Positions 19,783 through 29,432 of a stretch of DNA of 64,000 bases are shown in pieces. Positions within the stretch are counted from its first letter, which is position 1; each line of letters begins with the position of its first letter. The DNA lies in contig OZ246001.1 of assembly GCA_965230295.1 (NCBI GenBank), forward strand, positions 3,072,001-3,136,000. The letters run 5' to 3'. The DNA is from Marinicella sp. GTDB taxonomy: Bacteria > Pseudomonadota > Gammaproteobacteria > Xanthomonadales > Marinicellaceae. A model generated the notes under the pieces. The model was not told where the DNA came from and ran no database searches. It saw only the letters and a list, made by a program, of their open reading frames with translations. Position numbers and translations under genes: made by a program.

Positions 19783-22485
19783 ATGAAACAAAAGTTTCTG
19801 ACTGAAGCCATACGAAAATCGTTACTGCTGGGTGTGGTTACGACCGGTTTTTATGGTCCTCAAGCGTTTGCTCAAGACGGTGACGACGATTCGGTTGAAG
19901 AGCAAGGTAAAATTACTGTTACGGGTTCGCGTATTAAGCGTTCAGACATTGAGGGTGCGGTACCGGTAACAATCATTACTCGTGAACAACTAGAGCTCAG
20001 CGGTGAAAGTAATGCTGCTGACTTCTTAAGGAACACCACTTTTAACACTTCCGGTTCTTTCAGACCTCAGTCTGGTAGTTCGATCCAAAGTGTATCAACA
20101 CTTAGCTTACGTGGTATTGGTTCAGCCAGAACATTGATTCTGATTGATGGCCGTCGTATTCCTAAAGCACCTACTTCCGGTTCAGCACAAGATTTGAACG
20201 CCATCCCATTGGGTGCGATTGAAAGAATCGAGATTTTGACTGACGGTGCATCGGCTATTTATGGTTCTGACGCCATCGGTGGTGTTGTTAACGTGATCAC
20301 ACGTACCGATTATACCGGCGCCGAAATCACGTTAGGCGCTCAAGAAGTCAGTATTCCGGCTAATGGTGGTGAAAGAGAAGAAGGTTCTGTACTGTTTGGT
20401 GCAGCCAATGACCGCTCTAGCGTTATTGCTGGTATTTCCTGGAATGATCGTGAGATTATTTTTGAAAGGGATTTGCCTTGGTATGTGCCAGGTGGTTCTA
20501 CTTTCAGTAACAACTTCCGCGCAGTTGCGGCTGCTGGTAACGAAACAGGTCCATTCATTTCAGCCACAGCTTGTGATTTCCCTAACACCGGTTTTTATAC
20601 CTTGAATCCTGGTGCTGGCGTTGCTGGCGGTGAGCGTTGTGCATATGATTTTAATTTAGAAGCAGCCAATGAAGCCTCGATTGAAAACCAATCTTTCTAT
20701 GTGAAAGCACGTCATGAAATCAATGACAATTGGGAATTGTGGGTTAATGCCGGTGTTTATGAAACCAAATCATTTGGTCGTTATGCACCAGTACCAGATG
20801 GCAGTGCGTTCTCAGGAACAGGCTTACCATTAAGTGCTTCAAGCCCTAACAACCCAAGTAACCCAGCCAGCCCATTGTATGACCCAGCAAACTGGGCCAC
20901 ACCTCAAGTGGTTCACTGGAGACACCGTTTTGATGCGTTAGGTAATCGTGATAACAACATCACCACCACCAACACCAGTTTTGAAATTGGTACCACTGGT
21001 CAAGTAGGCAGAGCTGAAGTAGAGTTTGGTGTAACCAGAGCCAACTCTAACAGTGTGAACATTGGTAGAAACTACTTGTTAAGATCTGCTGCAGCTGCTG
21101 CTGTTGAAAGTGGTGCTTACAACTTGGCCAACCCATATGGTTCATCATCTACCTTGTTAAATGCATTAAGGGTGACGACCAACCGTGACTCTAAATATGA
21201 TCAGGACTCCATGTTTGGTTCTGTTGCATTTGATTTGTTTGACATGGCTAACGGCCCTGTATCAGTTTACATTGGTGCAGAGTACCGCGATGTGAAATAT
21301 CAAGACAGATATGACTCATTGTCAGAAGCGGGTCAAGTTGGTGGTTCATCAGGTTCGAGTGCCGGTGGCGGACGTGACGTAACTTCTGTATTCTTCGAGG
21401 GCTTGGTGCCATTGTTGGATAACTTGGAAATGTCAATTGCTGGTCGTTACGATGACTACTCTGACTATGGTAATGACTTTTCACCTAAAGTATCTTTCAG
21501 ATATCAACCTCTGGATAACCTGACTTTACGTGCATCGTACGGAGAAGGTTTCAGAGCGCCAACTTTGCCAATTTTAACAGCACAACCAGCCAGTTCAGCT
21601 GATACCATCAACGACCCACGTACTTGTATCGCTTCGGGATTGCCAAGCAATTGTTTGATACAAACACAGAATACAGTGATTGCTAATCCAAACTTGAGTT
21701 CTGAACAGTCAGAACAATTCTCATTGGGTGCTGCCTATGAGCCATTTGACTGGTTGAACTTCACTGTTGATTACTGGAACATTGAAATCACTGATCAGAT
21801 CAGAAACATCACTGCACAAACATTGGTCAATGAAGATAATCTGATGAACTTCAGCAGGCAACCCCTCGGATGTACCCGTGATGTGGCAACGGGTGCCATC
21901 ATTACCTGTGTTCGTGGTGCTGTTAACGAAGGATTGATCAACGCTTCTGGTGTTGATATCAACGCTCGATTCACTTACGAAGCTTTGGCGGGTAATTTCT
22001 CTCATCAGTTCCAATGGTCTCGTGCTTTGTCTCAAAAGCTTGATAAGAACCGTGAGTTGGTTGATGACCCGGGTCTTCCAGCCAATCGCATCATCATTAA
22101 CAACAGCTACACCTATGGTGATTGGCAGTTTGCTTATAACATGAACATTGTTGGTGATCAGTTCAATAACGTCAGCTCGTTCAATACATCTGCCGCTGCA
22201 GATGCTTACATAGCTGGTTTGGCTCCGGGTACTGATGTTGACAGAGAAGTAGGAAGGGATGGTTTGACATACGTTAAAGATGGTCACAATCCAAATTGGA
22301 TCACCCATGACTTCCAGTTGAATTACTTTGCGCCTTGGGACGGTAAATTCACAGTCGGTGTGCAAAACGCTGGTGAGAAATTCCCGCCAATTGGGTTAGG
22401 TAACACCACCAACCGTGCTTATGATTTCAACTTATACCATGGTTATGGTCGGATCACTTACTTCAGATACACACAAACATTTTGA
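19783..22485 (+). CDS. TonB-dependent receptor
   Basis: ITVTGSRIKR, plug RTLILIDGRR and ERIEILTDGASAIYGSDAIGGVVN, C-terminal F. GGAG RBS. Confidence 0.95.
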   Translation: MKQKFLTEAIRKSLLLGVVTTGFYGPQAFAQDGDDDSVEEQGKITVTGSRIKRSDIEGAVPVTIITREQLELSGESNAADFLRNTTFNTSGSFRPQSGSSIQSVSTLSLRGIGSARTLILIDGRRIPKAPTSGSAQDLNAIPLGAIERIEILTDGASAIYGSDAIGGVVNVITRTDYTGAEITLGAQEVSIPANGGEREEGSVLFGAANDRSSVIAGISWNDREIIFERDLPWYVPGGSTFSNNFRAVAAAGNETGPFISATACDFPNTGFYTLNPGAGVAGGERCAYDFNLEAANEASIENQSFYVKARHEINDNWELWVNAGVYETKSFGRYAPVPDGSAFSGTGLPLSASSPNNPSNPASPLYDPANWATPQVVHWRHRFDALGNRDNNITTTNTSFEIGTTGQVGRAEVEFGVTRANSNSVNIGRNYLLRSAAAAAVESGAYNLANPYGSSSTLLNALRVTTNRDSKYDQDSMFGSVAFDLFDMANGPVSVYIGAEYRDVKYQDRYDSLSEAGQVGGSSGSSAGGGRDVTSVFFEGLVPLLDNLEMSIAGRYDDYSDYGNDFSPKVSFRYQPLDNLTLRASYGEGFRAPTLPILTAQPASSADTINDPRTCIASGLPSNCLIQTQNTVIANPNLSSEQSEQFSLGAAYEPFDWLNFTVDYWNIEITDQIRNITAQTLVNEDNLMNFSRQPLGCTRDVATGAIITCVRGAVNEGLINASGVDINARFTYEALAGNFSHQFQWSRALSQKLDKNRELVDDPGLPANRIIINNSYTYGDWQFAYNMNIVGDQFNNVSSFNTSAAADAYIAGLAPGTDVDREVGRDGLTYVKDGHNPNWITHDFQLNYFAPWDGKFTVGVQNAGEKFPPIGLGNTTNRAYDFNLYHGYGRITYFRYTQTF

Positions 22486-22689
22486 TATGACTGAAGTCTA
22501 ACTGAGTCTATGGGCTGCTAATGATTTGAATCGTTAAAAGCCCATAGACTTACAACCGGTTTGTATCACCACTCCAAAAACACTGAATCAGTGAATTAAG
22601 TGTTGATTTATGTTCTCTTTCAAAGAATTGCATCTATATAGTGAACATCAGGGTGGTGATACAATTTATTAATAGGAATGCCCTTGGGT

Positions 22690-22977
22690 CTTCTCTGAAA
22701 TTGTTCCAAACAATGCTCTGCATCCACCCCGTCCTGGGGATCGGTTCGGAAGCAACCAGTGACACTTCACGGATTATTGATCATTTCATCAAGGCTTCTT
22801 GACTGTGTCAAAAAGCCATTCTTATATGGTCTGCCTAACCGGGTGCACACGCTGCGGTATTCAAGCAAGGTTTATGACCTTTCAAGGTAAGCCACCATAC
22901 TTTCACATTACCTGTGCCGGTCAAACTGATCACCAGTTTTCCATCGAGAACCACAGGGGGGTGACACAGTGAACCAC
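22690..22977 (+). ncRNA. Candidate structured small RNA (sX9-like, from memory)
   Basis: GC-richer non-coding block CCACCCC..GGATCGG..CACGGATTATTGA..TTCATCAAGGCTT..TCTGCCTA, followed by a terminator. Boundaries uncertain. Confidence 0.4.
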
Positions 22978-23010
22978 AAAAAAGCCCAATCAAGAATGAA
23001 TGGGCTTTCT
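22978..23010. terminator. Bidirectional terminator-like hairpin
   Basis: AAAAAAGCCCA...TGGGCTTT at the 3' end of the minus-strand gene. Confidence 0.65.
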
Positions 23011-23030
23011 GAACTGCGGTATTTCGGTAA

Positions 23031-24272
23031 TTATTTATAAATCTTGAACTCAGCATAACAATTGTTGGTGACAAACAATTCTCCTCGCTGATTAACGCCC
23101 CAATTGCCTTCACAAGGGTATTTTCCTTTACTGATTTCACGTTTGAATTCAACGTCCCTGAATGGACCATCGGTGTCGCAAATTTTCAAGTTATTGCGTC
23201 GTGATTTACATTTGATGGTAAAGGGTGGACGTACCGGTGTCTGGCTGACCGATCTGCCAGGATAAGTCACGAAACGAGCCCGACAACCGTCTTTAACCCA
23301 AATGCCATTGGCGTCATAGCCCCAGCGCTGATCACAGTTGGCAGATCCTAAGTTCTGGACAAACTCCACCCCACCTGAAGTGTCGGCCTGACAAGTTCTG
23401 ACTTGGCCATAATTGGATTCACAGACGATTTCCTGGCGGGCATTTCCTGGATAATTGGGAGATCCCTGATGGTTGTTGAGCTGATATTCCACCACTCTGA
23501 ATTTTGCATGGCAGCCGTTCCTGACCCAAAGCCCGTGGGCCGATATGCCCCAGTTTCCGCGACAAGATTGATCGTAGCCTCGGCCCATTTCTTCAATTAA
23601 TTCAACGCTTTGGAGTTCTGGAACTTGACAGTTTTGGACTGTTCGCCCGATGGCTCTACATTCAACAATGCCATCGCCATATACTGAACCAGGATTATTG
23701 TAGCCAGATCCGGAAACCCAAAAGTCTGCTTTACAACCATTGGCCACCCAAATTTCATTTTGGTTGTAACCCCAGTTACCACGGCAACTTCTGTTACTGA
23801 GTTGATGAATCAGTTGTACTTCAGCACCATTCAAGTTCCGTGCACAGGTTTGTCTGCGGTAACTGTAAGATTCACACCTGATGATGTCGTCTGTACGACC
23901 ATAGTGATCCTGATACCGGTCGATTTGGAATTCCCCACGACAACCGTTGGTGACCCAGACGCCATAATAATCATAGCCCCAATTGCCTTGACAAGAGTTG
24001 TAGCCTATTTGTCTGACCAGCCTCACACCACCACTGGTGTCAGCTCGACAGTGTTGTCGGCCTCCGCGGTATGATTCGCAGACAAAGCGATCACCTGAAC
24101 CGTAGTTATTTTGGCCGTAAGATTTCTCGCTTTTGCTTTTGTTGAACTGTTCTTCCGTTGAGTTGTTTTCAGTTGACAGCTGTTTAAGTTCTTTGACTGC
24201 TGTGGCCTTGTCTTGTGCAGCCATTGCCGAACTTGCCAACAGAATCATGCCCCATATGATGTACTTTTTCAT
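23031..24272 (-). CDS. Secreted DUF3011-like Cys-repeat protein
   Basis: Signal peptide and five repeats of C.S......C...V.L...C.G.WG....WV..GC...F. Confidence 0.8.
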   Translation of the reverse strand: MKKYIIWGMILLASSAMAAQDKATAVKELKQLSTENNSTEEQFNKSKSEKSYGQNNYGSGDRFVCESYRGGRQHCRADTSGGVRLVRQIGYNSCQGNWGYDYYGVWVTNGCRGEFQIDRYQDHYGRTDDIIRCESYSYRRQTCARNLNGAEVQLIHQLSNRSCRGNWGYNQNEIWVANGCKADFWVSGSGYNNPGSVYGDGIVECRAIGRTVQNCQVPELQSVELIEEMGRGYDQSCRGNWGISAHGLWVRNGCHAKFRVVEYQLNNHQGSPNYPGNARQEIVCESNYGQVRTCQADTSGGVEFVQNLGSANCDQRWGYDANGIWVKDGCRARFVTYPGRSVSQTPVRPPFTIKCKSRRNNLKICDTDGPFRDVEFKREISKGKYPCEGNWGVNQRGELFVTNNCYAEFKIYK

Positions 24273-24372
24273 TGTTATTCTCCGTATTCATGCTGCCAAT
24301 TATTTTAGCAACTAAGGCACGAATTTGGAGAACAAATTGTAAACAAGTGAAAAGTAGTTCAGATAGCTATGT

Positions 24373-24777
24373 CTAAGAATTATTTAGTTGCAACAATTCA
24401 TACATTTTCTGTTGCACCAAAGTCAAGGCTTTGAGCGGTCTGAGCATCACTTTGAAGTCGATGATTAGACCTTGGTCGTTGAACTCAATCATGTCTACCC
24501 CGTTGATGATCAGGCCATCAATCTCAGCTTGAAACTCCAACACAGCCTGATTTCCATCAAAAACTTCTCTTAAGTATTTAAAGTCATTGGGTAACAGCAC
24601 GTGAAAAGCAGCGGTTAAGTACATTTTTACCAGTGGCTTACCCACTTGCGGCGTGTGTAACACCGGAGAGTGGAACACCACTTCATCCGCCAAAATTTCA
24701 TTGAGTTGATCGGGATTTCCATCCTGAATGATTTGGTGCCATTGTTCAATGGTAGTTTGACTGGTCTGTGAACTCAT
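24373..24777 (-). CDS. SnoaL/NTF2-like protein
   Basis: LADEVVFHSP, INGVDMI, FKVMLRPLK. Confidence 0.85.
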   Translation of the reverse strand: MSSQTSQTTIEQWHQIIQDGNPDQLNEILADEVVFHSPVLHTPQVGKPLVKMYLTAAFHVLLPNDFKYLREVFDGNQAVLEFQAEIDGLIINGVDMIEFNDQGLIIDFKVMLRPLKALTLVQQKMYELLQLNNS

Positions 24778-25526
24778 ACCAAATACCCACCATCGACCGG
24801 CAAACTGACACCCGTGATGTATTTGGCCGCATCAGATGCCAAAAATAAATAGGCCGGGGCGATTTCTTCAGGTTGTGCCATGCGGCCCAGTGGTATCTGC
24901 GGTAGGATCATTTTCAACATGGCTTCATTTTGAGTCAGGGCTGAGGCAAATTTGGTATCAGTCAGGCCCGGTAATACGGCATTGACACGAATGCCAAACG
25001 GTGCGCACTCTTTAGCGAAACTTTCAGTCATGGAAATGATGGCGGCTTTGGAGGCGGAATAGAGTGATTGGTTGTAGCCTGTGATGCGGCCATTGACAGA
25101 TGAGGTGTTGATGATAACACCTGCTTTTTGTTCACGCATTTGCTGTCCGGCCAATTGGCTCATATGAAAATAGCCTTCAATGTTGACTTCGATGGTTTTT
25201 TGAATGGCCGCAAAGCCCATATCCAAAACATTACCGAAATAGGGGTTGGCCGCTGCGTTGTTGATCATCACATCAATGCGACCCAGCTCAGCCACAGTTT
25301 GTTTTATCAGTTGTTCACGTGATTCTCGATCGCCATTGTGGCAAGTGATGGCTGATGCCAGACCTCCCTTGGCTTTGATGGCGTTTGCTACGGCATCAAT
25401 ACCTTCTTGAGAACGTGAACTGACCACCACATGGGCTCCTTGGTCAGCAAATTGGCGGGCGATGGCTTCACCAATGCCACGGCTGGCGCCAGTAATAAGG
25501 ACAACTTTATTTTTGAATTCGGTCAT
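24774..25526 (-). CDS. SDR oxidoreductase (DHRS4-like)
   Basis: TGASRGIG, NNAAANP, YSASK. Confidence 0.9.
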   Translation of the reverse strand: MTEFKNKVVLITGASRGIGEAIARQFADQGAHVVVSSRSQEGIDAVANAIKAKGGLASAITCHNGDRESREQLIKQTVAELGRIDVMINNAAANPYFGNVLDMGFAAIQKTIEVNIEGYFHMSQLAGQQMREQKAGVIINTSSVNGRITGYNQSLYSASKAAIISMTESFAKECAPFGIRVNAVLPGLTDTKFASALTQNEAMLKMILPQIPLGRMAQPEEIAPAYLFLASDAAKYITGVSLPVDGGYLV

Positions 25527-25558
25527 GTGTTTTCTCTTCTTATGATGTGGTTAATGGT

Positions 25559-26560
25559 TTATTTGATTTGTCTGATCGCTTGTTGCAACATCAAGTCACG
25601 GACCATGCTCAGCGGTTTGAAGGCCGGGTTGTCGGTTTGCCCTTTTTCATAGCGGTAAAAAATTTGTTGCACAATCACCGCCAGTCGGAACAAACCATAG
25701 ATGTAATAAAAGCTGTAGTCATCAATGGTCATCCCGCTCAAGCTGGCGTATTGGTGGACCACCTCATCGCGGGTCAACATGCCATCCAAGTGGGTGGGCA
25801 TCATGCCCATTTGTTTCAGCACCTCGTGATCGCCATCCTCAATCCAGTAGGCCAATGAACAACCCAAATCCATCAACGGATCACCGATGGTGGTCATTTC
25901 CCAATCCAGCACGCCAATGATGGACTGTTGATTGTTTGGATCAAACACCACATTGTCGAACTTATAGTCATTGTGAATCAGGGTGTAATCACGCTGGTCT
26001 TCTGGTTGGTTGTTGACCAACCATTTGATCACTGGTTCAGCGATGTCTTGTTCAGGCGCAACACGGGTGTAACGATGAACCCAACCAGCGATTTGTCGGT
26101 CAATGTAGCCCCGACCCTTGTTGAAATGTTGCAGACCATCAGTGGGTGCTTGGTGCAATTGGTTATGGACTTTGATCAGTTCATGGCATAACAGCGACAA
26201 ATCAGCGCCTTGATAAATGTCAGGTAATGTCTTGCGAATGATGATCCCGTTGATGGGTTTCATGACATAAAACTCACGATCAAATACATCACTGTCGCCG
26301 CAAAACAGCACCACCTCAGGGCACAGTGGAAAGGCTGGATGCAACTTTTCAAGCAACTTATACTCCCGGTGCATGTCATGAGCGCCTTTGGCCTTGGTGC
26401 CAGGTGGTGAGGTCCTTAAGATCCATTCATTGGCCTCATCTTTTAATGAATAGGTGAGGTTGGATGCACCACCTTTGAATGCTGTGAAATGAATGTGGCC
26501 AACCACGTCCAGGTGCTGGGTTAAGTAATTGGCGATGTTATTTTGTTGTTGTGGGTTCAT
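25559..26560 (-). CDS. APH-family phosphotransferase (ACAD10/11 kinase-domain-like)
   Basis: GGASNLTY, AHDM.RE, HNDYKFDN, LDWEMTTIGDPLMDL. Confidence 0.9.
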   Translation of the reverse strand: MNPQQQNNIANYLTQHLDVVGHIHFTAFKGGASNLTYSLKDEANEWILRTSPPGTKAKGAHDMHREYKLLEKLHPAFPLCPEVVLFCGDSDVFDREFYVMKPINGIIIRKTLPDIYQGADLSLLCHELIKVHNQLHQAPTDGLQHFNKGRGYIDRQIAGWVHRYTRVAPEQDIAEPVIKWLVNNQPEDQRDYTLIHNDYKFDNVVFDPNNQQSIIGVLDWEMTTIGDPLMDLGCSLAYWIEDGDHEVLKQMGMMPTHLDGMLTRDEVVHQYASLSGMTIDDYSFYYIYGLFRLAVIVQQIFYRYEKGQTDNPAFKPLSMVRDLMLQQAIRQIK

Positions 26561-27250
26561 TTATTTGACTTGGATGAGTTGATAAACAGTCAGCAGCAAA
26601 TTGGCTACGTATTGGTCGGCATTGATGTTTTTTTGTTGGTATTTCCATGATTTCAAATACCATTCTTGCAGCATGACTTTCAACATGGCAGAGACAAAAT
26701 CAGGGTTGGTACACTGGCTCAATCCCTGGGCATTGGCATCCATGATGCGTTCCAAAATGGCTGTTTCCATGAACTGCTCAGATGCGATGATGGTTTCCAT
26801 CAATTCTTTATCCAGACTTTTGCACTCCATGAACACAAAGTAGAACCATTTTTTTAATCTTTCGCTGATGTAAATATGCCGCGCCAACAATTCATTGAGT
26901 TCAAAAACCGGATCCTGGTGACGGTATTTTTTGATCTTCAAACAGGTTTCTGCCATATGGATCATGGCTGCATGGATCATTTCGGCAATTTGATTTTTAT
27001 TGGCAAAGTATTTATATAAGCCACCCATACTGATGTCGGATTCCTGGCTGAGATCCCGCAAAGTCATGGCTTGAAAGCCTTTGGTCTGGGACAGCTTAAA
27101 CACACTCTCTATGATGGTTTTGAATTTTTTGGTGGCGATGTTGCGGTTTTTTAAGTTGAGTTTTTGGTGGTAGAGGTCAAACATACATGACCATTCATCT
27201 CCAATCAAGGCTTCATATTCTTGCAAAAAAGTTTCGTAACTGAGGTTCAT
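26561..27250 (-). CDS. TetR-family regulator
   Basis: GFQAMTLRDLS....ISMGGLYKYFANK. Confidence 0.85.
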   Translation of the reverse strand: MNLSYETFLQEYEALIGDEWSCMFDLYHQKLNLKNRNIATKKFKTIIESVFKLSQTKGFQAMTLRDLSQESDISMGGLYKYFANKNQIAEMIHAAMIHMAETCLKIKKYRHQDPVFELNELLARHIYISERLKKWFYFVFMECKSLDKELMETIIASEQFMETAILERIMDANAQGLSQCTNPDFVSAMLKVMLQEWYLKSWKYQQKNINADQYVANLLLTVYQLIQVK

Positions 27251-28431
27251 TGATGGTGGCTTTTTAACAGGCTCTTGGCCAATGATATTTTATGTACTTC
27301 ATCCGGGCCGTCATAAATTCTTGCCGCCCGTTCTTCACGATAGAAGAACGCGACCATGCTGTCATCGGTCATACCCAGTGCTCCCATAGACTGTAACGCT
27401 TTATCCACCACTGATTGTAACATGTTGGCACATTCGAATTTAATCATTGATATGTGGTGCTTGGCGGCATCAAAGCCTTGTTCGTCGATGATGCGAGCTG
27501 TTTCCATCACCAAACACCGGGATGCATTCATCGCTGCAAAAGATTCAGCAATCATGGTCTGAATAACGGCTTGATCTGCCAGCACACTGTTGGCTGTTAT
27601 CGGTCTTTGTTTGACATGACTACACATCAAATCAAAGCACCTTCTGGCTATACCGATCCAACGCATGCAGTGTTGGATGCGACCAGGTCCCAGGCGTTGT
27701 TGGGCCATTTTAAAGCCAGTACCTCGTTGGCCGATTAAATGATTGGCGGGTACTTTGCAATCAGTGAACTCAACTTCGCTGTGTGAGTAATACCCGGACC
27801 CACTGTGGCCCATAACTGGGATGTTTCTTATGTTTTTATATCCAGGGTTGTCCAGCGGCACAATGATCATGCTGGCTCGTTTGTGCTTGGGAGCGTCTGG
27901 ATCTGTCACGGCCATCACGATGGTGAATGTGGCACCATCTGCAGCCGTGGTAAACCACTTTCTACCATTGATCACCCAATGGTCATCAATCAATTCTGCT
28001 GAGGCCTCTAACATGGTTGGATTGGACCCGGCTGTGTGTGGTTCTGTCATGGCAAAACAGCTGCGTATCTTGCCCTGGGCTAACGGCAGTAGGAAGTTAT
28101 CTTTGATGAAGTCATTGGCGTATAAATGCAACAACTCCGCGTTGCCTGCATCGGGTGCCTGGCAACCGAAACAGTAATGTCCCAGAGGTGATTGACCAGT
28201 GACCTCCGAGATTTGACCCAACTGGCTGGTGGTTAATGACATGCCGCCCACAGAAGCGGGTAAATTGGGTGCCCACAACCCGGCTGCTTTGACCTGTTCG
28301 CGCACTTGGTCCAATTGCGAATAGAGCTCATCCCATTGTTGGGTAAGGAATAAAGGCTCCAGTGGGATGACTTGTTGCTTGATAATGGTCGCAATGGCTT
28401 GCAACATGTCTTGAAAGTTATTTTGGCTCAT
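27247..28431 (-). CDS. Acyl-CoA dehydrogenase (ACAD10/11-like)
   Basis: CQAPDAGNAE, RSCFAMTEP, QRLGPGRIQHCMR, RIYDGPDEVH. Start MSQNNF at 28431. Confidence 0.9.
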   Translation of the reverse strand: MSQNNFQDMLQAIATIIKQQVIPLEPLFLTQQWDELYSQLDQVREQVKAAGLWAPNLPASVGGMSLTTSQLGQISEVTGQSPLGHYCFGCQAPDAGNAELLHLYANDFIKDNFLLPLAQGKIRSCFAMTEPHTAGSNPTMLEASAELIDDHWVINGRKWFTTAADGATFTIVMAVTDPDAPKHKRASMIIVPLDNPGYKNIRNIPVMGHSGSGYYSHSEVEFTDCKVPANHLIGQRGTGFKMAQQRLGPGRIQHCMRWIGIARRCFDLMCSHVKQRPITANSVLADQAVIQTMIAESFAAMNASRCLVMETARIIDEQGFDAAKHHISMIKFECANMLQSVVDKALQSMGALGMTDDSMVAFFYREERAARIYDGPDEVHKISLAKSLLKSHHQ

Positions 28432-28590
28432 GTGTTGTTCTGATTGTGGGATGAAGTATCTGACCGGTTGGTTCGTGCACCAAAGTACATCAAAGGTTGG
28501 GCTGCAGGTACTGTATTTGTCTTCATGGAACTGCTTATGTTCGGGTGAGTAAGCAATGCCCAAAGACACCAATTTTCGATGATTATAACA

Positions 28591-28614
28591 AAAAGCGAGT
28601 GAATGTTCGCTTTT
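28591..28614. promoter_or_regulatory. Palindromic candidate TetR operator between divergent genes
   Basis: AAAAGCGA-gtgaatgt-TCGCTTTT. Confidence 0.4.
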
Positions 28615-28631
28615 TTTGTTAAGATGCCCCG

Positions 28632-29432
28632 ATGAAGAAAAAAGTCATGGTAATAACTGGTGCTGCCAGTGGTTTGGGACGGGCGATCGCGTTGGCAGCG
28701 GCCCAAGATGGGTACGACATTGCTGTTGTGGATGTGCAACAAGAAGCTGGTCTTGAGACGGTCGAAGAAATCAATCATTACGACGTTGAGGCGGCCTATT
28801 TTCATTGTGATGTAGGCCAGGCAGATGCCTTGTTAACTCTCAAAGATCAAGTCATGTCTCACTTTGGTCAAGTTGATGTCTTGATCAACAACGCCGGTGT
28901 GGGATCTCAGGGTACTGTGTGTGAATCTGATGAAGCCCAATGGCAACGCCAATGGCAAATAAACCTGATGGGTGTGGTCAGAGGCTGTCAAGCGTTTGTA
29001 CCTCAACTGAAGCGCAGCCCATCTCCAGCGATTGTTAATGTGGCATCTTTTGCAGCAATTGCTTTGGCGCCCGGGGTGGCCTCATATAACGTGGTCAAGG
29101 CAGGGGTTTTGGCTTTGAGTGAAACGCTCAGGGGAGAACTGGCGGTGGACAACATACATGTATCGGTGGTTTGCCCCGCCTTCTTCAAAACCAACTTGGT
29201 AGAATCGATGCATGATGCCAATGATAAAATCAAAAATCAAATCAACCGTTGGATGGACAACTCCAATTACACCGCCGATGATGTGGCCCGGATGATTCTG
29301 GCTGCTGTCAAAAACAAACAGTTTATGGTGTTGTGCGACAGCCAAACCAAATGGCAGTACCGCATTTCACGCTGGCTGCCCAACTACTTTTTCAAACAAA
29401 AACTTAAAATGGTCAAGAGGATGTTCAAATGA
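28632..29432 (+). CDS. SDR oxidoreductase
   Basis: TGAASGLG, NNAG, YNVVK. Confidence 0.9.
   Translation: MKKKVMVITGAASGLGRAIALAAAQDGYDIAVVDVQQEAGLETVEEINHYDVEAAYFHCDVGQADALLTLKDQVMSHFGQVDVLINNAGVGSQGTVCESDEAQWQRQWQINLMGVVRGCQAFVPQLKRSPSPAIVNVASFAAIALAPGVASYNVVKAGVLALSETLRGELAVDNIHVSVVCPAFFKTNLVESMHDANDKIKNQINRWMDNSNYTADDVARMILAAVKNKQFMVLCDSQTKWQYRISRWLPNYFFKQKLKMVKRMFK

Noticed and set aside
21721-22365. Long antisense ORFs (also 40175-40837)
   Set aside because: Shadows of the TonB receptor and alaS caused by codon bias; no recognisable motifs.
22835-23170. Minus-strand ORF of 111 aa
   Set aside because: Overlaps the DUF3011 gene end, the terminator and the candidate sRNA; no protein-like signal.
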